From positions 4,096,001 to 4,160,000 of the forward strand of contig OZ243913.1 in the NCBI GenBank assembly GCA_965213705.1: 64,000 bases of DNA, in the 5' to 3' direction. The notes under the pieces are model-generated. The model saw nothing but the letters and a program-made list of their open reading frames with translations, had not been told where the DNA came from and ran no database searches. This DNA is from Trueperaceae bacterium. Its GTDB lineage: Bacteria; Deinococcota; Deinococci; Deinococcales; Trueperaceae. A program made the position numbers and the translations under genes. Of the stretch, positions 57,404-64,000 are shown piece after piece; position 1 is the first letter of the stretch; the number at the start of each line of letters is the position of its first letter.

Positions 57404-57932
57404 GCGGATAGCCTATCTTAAACATGACCTCGCGACCGACCGCGTCTTGAGCAGCGGGCAGCTCAAACAGTATTACAGCCTGTCTGTGAATGAACTCAAG
57501 GACACTGACTTAAAGTTTGTCGAGGCCTTCCTCTCTCCAAGCCGGGGGAGCATCCGCTATGCCCAAATTTCTTTTGTGGGTTTGTCTTCCAGCATTGGCA
57601 GGCTCGAGGGAAACTCGCTACGGCATCTCGCCGGGATTGCCGAAATGCGGCGTGTCTTAGGTGCTCTTCCTGAAGACTGGACGAGCTTAGCAGCAGCCCG
57701 TCAGCAGCCCCGGACGCCGGACGCATTTTGGGAGACAGAGCGAGGGCTCTTGGCAATTGAGTACGACGTCGGCAGTTACAGCCCGACCCAGATCAGCGAG
57801 AAAGCAAAAAGCTTCAAGCGCTATGCCGGACAGGTTTGGGGCGCGCCAAGTCGACAACGTGTGCGGCACCTGTGGCATTTGCTCAAGCCGCTAGACAGCC
57901 ACTGTGTTGTTCTCTATGTGGCGTGGGCGTAG
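57378..57932 (+). CDS. Replication-relaxation-family-like PD-(D/E)XK protein
   Basis: LRHLAGIAE, TPDAFW, LAIEYDVGS; start uncertain. Confidence 0.6.
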   Translation: MCFMASVNERIAYLKHDLATDRVLSSGQLKQYYSLSVNELKDTDLKFVEAFLSPSRGSIRYAQISFVGLSSSIGRLEGNSLRHLAGIAEMRRVLGALPEDWTSLAAARQQPRTPDAFWETERGLLAIEYDVGSYSPTQISEKAKSFKRYAGQVWGAPSRQRVRHLWHLLKPLDSHCVVLYVAWA

Positions 57933-58885
57933 ACATTTTGTTCTGCCTTCCGAGGTTTTGTGCAGCAGTTGCGCGCACGCTAGCCGCAGAAGCCTGCGGA
58001 TTAGCTGCCCGGTTGTTCCGTTGTATTCTGCCAGGCGCAGTTTCTCGCCTGACAGAATACTCCCGCGCCTTGAGTCTATAGAAGCCGGTCAATACAGCAG
58101 AAAAACCGCAATCACCTAAGTATCTCCCGGCTATACATTGAGGTATGCCCACGCCTTTACGCTTTTTAAGCTTGACCGCAGAGCAGGATGAGACTTTGCG
58201 CGAACTGGAACTGAGTCCGCTTGTGAACGCCAAAGTGAGGTTGCGGGCGAGCATCGTCCGGCTGAATGGAGCTGGTTGGAGTGCTGGGCGGCTGGCTGAA
58301 CATTTCGGACGCAACCCACAAAGTATCCACAACGACTTAGACCGTTTTGAGGAGCAGGGGCTTGCAGGCTTGAGTGACGGCAAGGCCAAAGGTGCCAAGC
58401 CGAAATTCACGCCTGAGATAGAAGCGTTCTTGCACGACAAGCTTGCCGAGGCGCGCATCTGGAACAGTGGATTACTGGCTGAGGCGGTTGAGGAAAAGTT
58501 CGGGGTGACTTTGAGACGCGAGGCTGTGCGGGTAAAGTTGCTGGACCTCGGCTATACCTGGAAACGCAGCCGCTATGGGCCGGGCAAAACGGTAGACCCT
58601 AAGGTGGTAGCGGAACACCAAGCGTCACTCGAAACGCTCAAAAGGGGGCGCTGGACGAGAAGCTGACTTTGAAGTACCTCGACCAGATAGAACGGGCAAA
58701 GCCCGGCCCGTTGGGCCTAGTTCAGTGGCTTTTCTCTGATGCTGGGTTTGTGCTACAGCTGGTACCAAAAAGGCTCGGGAAAGCAGTTCGAGATACCTAC
58801 CCGCTGGAGTTCTAAAGGCCGGCTCAACCTCATCGGTTCGCTAGCCTGGAGTTGGTACGGGTTGAACGGACACAAAGAGTTTAGC

Positions 58886-59761
58886 TTATGCTGCTAACCT
58901 TTCCAAGCTCTGGGCTTCATAGCTTACAGGTGTCTCATAGCCCAGGCTGCTGTGGAGCCGCCAGCGGTTGTAATAGCCTTCGATAAACTCGAATACGGCA
59001 AGCCTCGCCTCCTCACGAGTGGCGAAGGTGGTTTGGTAAACGAGTTCTTTTTTCAAGGTAGCGAAGAAGCTTTCGATATAGGCGTTGTCTAAGCACGCGC
59101 CGGTGCCGGTAAAGCTCGGCCGCATCCCCCAGGTCGCCAGCTCCCGCTGATAGGCGTGACTCGTATACTGAGAACCCTTATCCGAGTGGTGGATAAGCCC
59201 CTTGCAGACGTGGCGCTGCTTGGTTGCCATCCGTAACGCCTGAACGACGAGGTCGGTTCGCATGTGCCTGTCCATCGCATAACCGACGACGCGCTTGGAG
59301 TAGGCGTCCATCACCGCGGCTAGATAAAGCCAGCCCTCAGCCGTCTTGATCAGGGTGATGTCCGAGTACCAAACCTGATTGGCAGCCGTGATGTCGGGCT
59401 TGGGCACGAGCAGGTTTGCTGTTTGCAGCGTATCTAAGGCTTTGCGCTGCTTATATTTGTGTTTGGGTACAGCGTAAATGCCAGCTTGCCGCATCAACCT
59501 TTTCACCCTCCGAAGCGAGCAAACAACACGTCGTTTACGCAATTCGGCGTGGATGCGGGGGCTACCATAGCGCTTACAGCTCTCCTCGAAGATAGCGTTG
59601 ATCTGCTCTAGCAGCGTTGTGTCCTCTCGTTCGCGCGCCGAAGGTCCTAGATTTGCCCGAGTCAGATAGCCGTAGAACCCGCTCCTGGATACCCGCATCA
59701 GCTTACACATCAGCGCTACTGGGTAGAAAGCGCGCCACGACGCGATAAAGGCAAATCTCAC
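58886..59761 (-). CDS. IS3 transposase OrfB (DDE)
   Basis: YGSPR, WYSDIT, HHSDKGSQY, DNAYIESFF, YYNRWRLHSSLGY. Confidence 0.95.
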   Translation of the reverse strand: MRFAFIASWRAFYPVALMCKLMRVSRSGFYGYLTRANLGPSAREREDTTLLEQINAIFEESCKRYGSPRIHAELRKRRVVCSLRRVKRLMRQAGIYAVPKHKYKQRKALDTLQTANLLVPKPDITAANQVWYSDITLIKTAEGWLYLAAVMDAYSKRVVGYAMDRHMRTDLVVQALRMATKQRHVCKGLIHHSDKGSQYTSHAYQRELATWGMRPSFTGTGACLDNAYIESFFATLKKELVYQTTFATREEARLAVFEFIEGYYNRWRLHSSLGYETPVSYEAQSLERLAA

Positions 59762-60060
59762 CTCTGATTCCTCGCAAAGTACGCGCTCGCCTTTTTTAGA
59801 ATCTCGTTCTCCATCTCCAAGCGCTTGTTCTCTGCCCGCAAGCGCCTCAGTTCTGCCTCTTCAGTCGTCGGCTGTGCCCTTTTGTGTCCTGGCGCGAGCC
59901 GCCCGTCGCGATATTGCTTGCGCCAGTTCGACAGGTTCGACTTCGGTATGCCCAACCGTTGCGCCGCTTCAGGAACGCTATATCCCTGCTCCTCGACCAG
60001 CCGCACCGCGTCTAACTTGAACTCAACCTCATACTGCCGCACAACCCGTTTCTCACTCAT
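59758..60060 (-). CDS. IS3 transposase OrfA
   Basis: EFKLDAV...LSNWR...ENEILKKA. Confidence 0.93.
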   Translation of the reverse strand: MSEKRVVRQYEVEFKLDAVRLVEEQGYSVPEAAQRLGIPKSNLSNWRKQYRDGRLAPGHKRAQPTTEEAELRRLRAENKRLEMENEILKKASAYFARNQR

Positions 60061-60530
60061 TTGGACCCCTTTCGAGACTTTCAATTCGTCTCTACTTTAG
60101 GTGTCCGCCACCCTGTCACCAAGTCCAGCCTTGTTCGGCAAGAACCAGCAGTTGAAAGTGCGTGAGCTTGAAGGTGCCTGTAATCAGACCCAAGTTATCG
60201 CTTATCTTGAAACCCTAGCCGAGAGTTGCAATCCCAAGCGCATTACCGTGGTTGTTCTCGACAACGCACCCTTTCATAAAGGCAAACAACTCACCCAGCG
60301 TCGAGCCGCCTGGGAAGCGAGAGGTCTTTATCTACGTTACTTGCCCGCTTACTGTCCACAACTCAATCTCATCGAGGGCATCTGGCGCAAGCTTAAAGGT
60401 TTCCTCATGCCCAGGCGCTGCTACGACACTCTCAAGCAGCTACAAGAAGCCCTCTTACTCGCACTTAAAGCCCTAAACGCAGTCTTTATCTAAATCTTTG
60501 CCGGGAGATACTTAGATTCAGCTACTCCCC

Positions 60531-61004
60531 TCAAACACAACAGGCCCCGCCTCTCGCCGAGGGCACAACTACGGGGGCATTCCCAGCTTGCTCGTACCGC
60601 GGTTTGCACGCGACCCCCGGCACGCTCAGGCTCACTCTCACGGCGTCGCCTGCCACATCCACACCACCAACCAGGTAACTGATGGCAGGTTCACCTATAT
60701 CCCCGTACTCGAAGCGCAGCACGGCCCCACCGTCGATGGGCACACTCGAGGCGACGCTGCCGTAGATGTCGAGGAATTTCCCGACCGTCATATAGCCTTC
60801 ACGGCTCGAGTCAGGTGCCCAAAGCTGCACCACGGTTTCGTTCCAAGCGTTCGCTCTACCGCCGCAGTCCATCGATCGTACCGTGACCGCCTTAACCTCC
60901 GTGACGTGGTAGCCGGGGGCTATGGTGCGCTCCCCGAGGTCGAAAACCAAAGCCCTGCTCTTGTTGTAGGTTTGCAGCTTATCCAGAAAAGTTTGGGTAT
61001 CCAT
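60531..61004 (-). CDS. DUF6428-like arsenic-cluster protein
   Basis: YHVTEVK, MDCGG, VQLW, C-terminal ACK and CC. Confidence 0.8.
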   Translation of the reverse strand: MDTQTFLDKLQTYNKSRALVFDLGERTIAPGYHVTEVKAVTVRSMDCGGRANAWNETVVQLWAPDSSREGYMTVGKFLDIYGSVASSVPIDGGAVLRFEYGDIGEPAISYLVGGVDVAGDAVRVSLSVPGVACKPRYEQAGNAPVVVPSARGGACCV

Positions 61005-61013
61005 GTTCGTCTC

Positions 61014-61205
61014 CTAAGCGGGGCAGCACTCGGCTGTTGACCGAGGCGCTGCTGTGAACTTAACTGCTGCGAGCCTGGCAAAGACCGCGCCCGACTCGCT
61101 GACGAGGTGCCGACGCTGGAGCCTGGCAACATAGGCTTCGTGCCGGAGTGCTTGCACACGCGCTTGGGCGAGCTTACTGGCGAAGTAATAAATCTGGGTA
61201 TCCAT
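61014..61205 (-). CDS. Small hypothetical protein ending in CC (63 aa)
   Basis: AAGGAG RBS; MDTQIYYF...ECCPA. Confidence 0.5.
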   Translation of the reverse strand: MDTQIYYFASKLAQARVQALRHEAYVARLQRRHLVSESGAVFARLAAVKFTAAPRSTAECCPA

Positions 61206-61219
61206 ATCGTCTCCTTTGC

Positions 61220-61316
61220 ATAGACACTCGTCTATGCTTCCTTCTGGCTTGACTATACGCTGTATATAGATGGTTGTCAATATGTTCTGAGCTATGACGC
61301 ATAGATGACGCTCTAT
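61220..61316. promoter_or_regulatory. Three ArsR-type operators ATAGA-N6-TC(T/A)AT
   Basis: 61220-61235, 61266-61281, 61301-61316 in the divergent promoter region. Confidence 0.7.
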
Positions 61317-61332
61317 TGATAGACTAGGGTCT

Positions 61333-61650
61333 ATGACTGGTTTATCCGACGAACTCAAGGTGCTGGGCGACCCTACCCGCCTCAAGATTCTGGACTTTCT
61401 GCTCGAGCCCGTCCAGAGCTGTTGCAGCCGCGACGACGGCGTGTGCGGCTGCGACCTCGAAGCGTTCTTGGGGCTTACCCAGCCCACCGTGAGCCACCAC
61501 ATGAAGCAGCTTGTAGCGGCAGGCTTCGTCACGGCTGAGAAGCGCGGGCGCTGGGTGTACTATGACCTCGACCCCGAAGGCTTCCGCACCGTGCAGGATG
61601 CTCTCAACAAATACGCCACTGCCCCCGTACCAATGAGGGAGCCCGCCTGA
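61333..61650 (+). CDS. arsR: ArsR/SmtB repressor
   Basis: LGDPTRLKI, CC...VCGCDL, QPTVSHH, RGRWVYY. Confidence 0.92.
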   Translation: MTGLSDELKVLGDPTRLKILDFLLEPVQSCCSRDDGVCGCDLEAFLGLTQPTVSHHMKQLVAAGFVTAEKRGRWVYYDLDPEGFRTVQDALNKYATAPVPMREPA

Positions 61651-62102
61651 TGCGCCTGCTGGTGCTCTGCACCCACAATTCAGCCAGAAGCCAGATGGCC
61701 GAAGGTTGGCTGAGACATTACGCCAACGAGGTTGGCTTAAAGGCGGAAGTGTTCTCGGCGGGCACCGAAAAGGCCTTTGTGAAACCGGAGGCCGTGACGG
61801 TGATGCAAGAGGTCGGCATTAACCTCTCCGGCCACAGCTCAAAAACGCTTTTCGAGCTGCCCGACATGTGGAACTTCGACGTGGTGCTGACGGTGTGCGA
61901 CAGCGCCAACGAAGCCTGCCCCGCCTACCCCGCGCAGACCACACGCCTGCACGTGTCGTTTCCCGACCCCACAGGAAAGCCGCTCGAGACCTGGCGCGAG
62001 GTGCGCGACGCGATAGGCGTGACCTGCAAGAACCTGATCAAAACTTTGAAAGCAGGTGACACACCTACCGAAGAAGCGCTCTCGGCGCAGGTAAGAGTAT
62101 GA
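61650..62102 (+). CDS. arsC: Arsenate reductase (LMW-PTP fold)
   Basis: [24 protein letters not shown]. Confidence 0.92.
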   Translation: MRLLVLCTHNSARSQMAEGWLRHYANEVGLKAEVFSAGTEKAFVKPEAVTVMQEVGINLSGHSSKTLFELPDMWNFDVVLTVCDSANEACPAYPAQTTRLHVSFPDPTGKPLETWREVRDAIGVTCKNLIKTLKAGDTPTEEALSAQVRV

Positions 62103-62788
62103 CCCCTCGTATCTGGCTGGCAGAGTTTATCGGCACCTTTGCTCTGCTGTTCGTGGGCGTCGGTGCCGTAGCGTCCGGGGCGAGTGGTCTCGCCGTGGCT
62201 TTCGCCTTCGGCCTAACGGTGGCCGTGATGATAGCGGCGGTCGGCCCCATCTCCTTCGCCCACTTCAATCCCGCCGTGACGGTGGGCTTTTTCGTGCTGC
62301 GGCGCATTACCTTCAGAGAGTTGCTGCTGTACTGGAGTGCGGAGCTGGCAGGTGCAACGGCTGCCATGCTCGCCCTACAAACGTTTTATGGCGCGCAGCG
62401 GCTCGAGCCCGTCGCCTACGGCGCGACCCTACTCGCACCCGGCGTGTCTGCAGTTCAGGGCGTGGCAATAGAGGTCATCCTGACCTTCTTTCTGATGTTC
62501 GTCATTGCTACCTGTGTCATCCAGAAGCAGGCTTTGGCAGGGGTTTACATCGGCTTCACGGTGACGCTCGGCGCGATTGCCGGGGGTGCCATGACGGGCG
62601 CGTCGCTGAACCCGGCGAGGAGCTTCGCCCCGGCCCTTTTTGCGGGCGACTGGTCACAGCACTGGCTCTACTGGCTCGCGCCAATCGTCGGCGCATCCGT
62701 CGCGGCGCTCGCAGCGACCTATTTGTGGCAACCTACGCACGATGTACAAGAAGGCAGCAGCCCCGCGCTGCAACGGGTGGGGGACTAA
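62099..62788 (+). CDS. MIP/aquaporin channel (probable arsenite efflux)
   Basis: HFNPAVT and LNPARS NPA motifs; inside ars operon. Confidence 0.92.
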   Translation: MTPRIWLAEFIGTFALLFVGVGAVASGASGLAVAFAFGLTVAVMIAAVGPISFAHFNPAVTVGFFVLRRITFRELLLYWSAELAGATAAMLALQTFYGAQRLEPVAYGATLLAPGVSAVQGVAIEVILTFFLMFVIATCVIQKQALAGVYIGFTVTLGAIAGGAMTGASLNPARSFAPALFAGDWSQHWLYWLAPIVGASVAALAATYLWQPTHDVQEGSSPALQRVGD

Positions 62789-62800
62789 GGAGGCCGGACA

Positions 62801-63247
62801 ATGGACAGAAAACGCAAAGTTCTCTTTATCTGCACGGGCAATTCGGCGCGCAGCCAGATGGCCGAAGCCCTCCTGCGCAAACACGCTGGGGATAGGTTCG
62901 AGGTGCACAGCGCCGGGCTCGACCCCAGCGTGATTAACCCCTACACCGTTAGGGTGATGGAAGAAGCGGGCTACGACATGTCGGACCACAACGCCAAGAG
63001 CGTGCGTGAGTATCTAGGCAAAGAGCAGTTCACCTATGTCATAAGCGTGTGCTCCAAAGCCGAGGAGCGCTGCCCTACGTCGTTTCTAGGTGAGCTGCAC
63101 CGCTTGCACTGGCCGTTCGACGATCCCGCCGCCTTCGAGGGCAGTGACGAGGACAAGACCGCATTTTTCAGGCAGATACGCGACCAAATCGAGGCCAAGG
63201 TGCAAAGCTGGCTGAAAGAGTTGGACGCGGCTCATCACTTGGCGTAG
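62801..63247 (+). CDS. arsC: Second arsenate reductase (LMW-PTP fold)
   Basis: [14 protein letters not shown]...EERCP, HWPFDDP. Confidence 0.92.
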   Translation: MDRKRKVLFICTGNSARSQMAEALLRKHAGDRFEVHSAGLDPSVINPYTVRVMEEAGYDMSDHNAKSVREYLGKEQFTYVISVCSKAEERCPTSFLGELHRLHWPFDDPAAFEGSDEDKTAFFRQIRDQIEAKVQSWLKELDAAHHLA

Positions 63248-63322
63248 CAGGATTTCAGGGGGTGCCATAGATTGTGCGGCTGTTCGGCCCGTTCGCAGCA
63301 TAAGGAAGATAGCGCAGTAAGC

Positions 63323-64000
63323 TTAAAATCTGCTTTCTCTCAGCCGTTCAAACGCACGCTCAAAAACGCTACGATCAACTTTCTGAGCGCCTACTCCATG
63401 TCCATATGTCGCCACCCACCGGCAAACCTCACGAATATCCCGCCCGGTCAAGCCGCTGCTCACGCTTGCCAGCCACGCACTTGAGCAGCCAAGCTTATGA
63501 CGGTAAGGCCGAGTGTAAAGCTCGAACAGCCGTTGCCGCGCCATCTCATCGGGTGCGCTGATGTAAACGTGGTAGGACAGCCTCGAGCGCAAAGCCTCGT
63601 CAAGTACGTCCAGGCGGTTCGTAGCGCCTACCGTAAAAACCGGGCGTGAGCTTTCCTTAAAACCGTCGATTTCCTGGAGCAGTTGGCTGGTCGTGTTGTT
63701 ATACCCTCGGACGGCTCCACCCCAGTCCATGCCAGTCGCGCTACGACGCGAGGCCAGGGTGTCTATCTCGTCAATGAAGACGATACAGGGTGCAGCTCGG
63801 CGCGCCTGTTCGTAAAGAGCATGGACTTTCTTCTCACTCGAGCCGACCGCGGCGTCCAGAATATCAGAGGCGCTGACAGCGATGAAGGCGTATCCCGAGG
63901 TGACTGCGAGCGTCCGAGCGATAAGTGTCTTGCCAGTTCCGGGCGGACCGTAGAGGAGTAGACCTAAAGGTGGAGACTGACCCCACTCGCGCTGCAACCC
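63323..64000 (-). CDS. Classic AAA ATPase (C-terminal part; start outside the window)
   Basis: GLLLYGPPGTGKT, FIDEID, GATN, LDEALRSR. Confidence 0.88.
   Translation of the reverse strand, partial: GLQREWGQSPPLGLLLYGPPGTGKTLIARTLAVTSGYAFIAVSASDILDAAVGSSEKKVHALYEQARRAAPCIVFIDEIDTLASRRSATGMDWGGAVRGYNNTTSQLLQEIDGFKESSRPVFTVGATNRLDVLDEALRSRLSYHVYISAPDEMARQRLFELYTRPYRHKLGCSSAWLASVSSGLTGRDIREVCRWVATYGHGVGAQKVDRSVFERAFERLRESRF

Larger units (their letters stand above)
58853..60121 (-). mobile_element. IS3-family element
   Basis: TG...CA ends, imperfect IRs TGGT...CGGACAC, 3-bp target duplication AGT. Confidence 0.92.
58145..60493 (+). pseudogene. IS630 transposase, disrupted
   Basis: HTH ORF 58145-58666, AAAAGGGG frameshift site, YLDQ/SGF split by a 37-nt insert, IS3 insertion, then VLDNAPFH...PAYCPQLNLIE. 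Confidence 0.9.
58119..60512 (+). mobile_element. IS630-family element, interrupted by IS3
   Basis: 13-bp IRs AGTATCTCCCGGC/GCCGGGAGATACT; TA duplication in a CTAG target. Confidence 0.92.
16931..64000. mobile_element. Putative integrative conjugative element / integrated conjugative plasmid beside ssrA (right end outside the window; boundaries approximate)
   Basis: Phage/plasmid-type operon, VirB/VirD4 cluster, CRISPR and ars cargo, IS elements; no integrase or att repeat seen. Confidence 0.65.

Overview
Bacterial chromosome segment, most likely Deinococcota (Truepera/Meiothermus-like; inferred from many leaderless TANNNT-N6/7-start genes, very frequent CTCGAG and a tmRNA tag ending ALAA). 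Positions 1-11.7 kb hold SDR oxidoreductases, a Lol-like ABC exporter operon with a GbsR/MarR regulator, an alpha/beta hydrolase and a BaeRS-like two-component system. Positions 11.7-16.5 kb hold a degenerate GalE, a large STAND/TPR/BTAD regulator and a solo MazF. tmRNA lies at 16539-16901. From there to the end of the window is an apparent integrated conjugative element. It carries a phage/ICE-like operon with a ~380-nt structured leader, a complete type I-D CRISPR-Cas system (34 repeats, internal Cas11d), a VirB/VirD4 type IV secretion cluster, an IS3 nested in an IS630, and an arsenic-resistance operon. The most notable signals surround the CRISPR locus. (1) A hidden CRISPR mini-array (31283-31361, minus) has a spacer matching a GTT-PAM site beside the cas promoter, suggesting CreR/CreA-like autorepression. 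(2) An unannotated 46-aa secreted propeptide gene (26011-26151) sits next to an AfsR-type BTAD-NB-ARC-TPR regulator. (3) Two shared operator motifs link the peptide gene, a Cas4-like nuclease-WYL operon and cas4-cas1-cas2. Together these suggest a peptide-signal/damage-sensing circuit controlling spacer acquisition. All family calls come from motifs read by eye; no searches were run.
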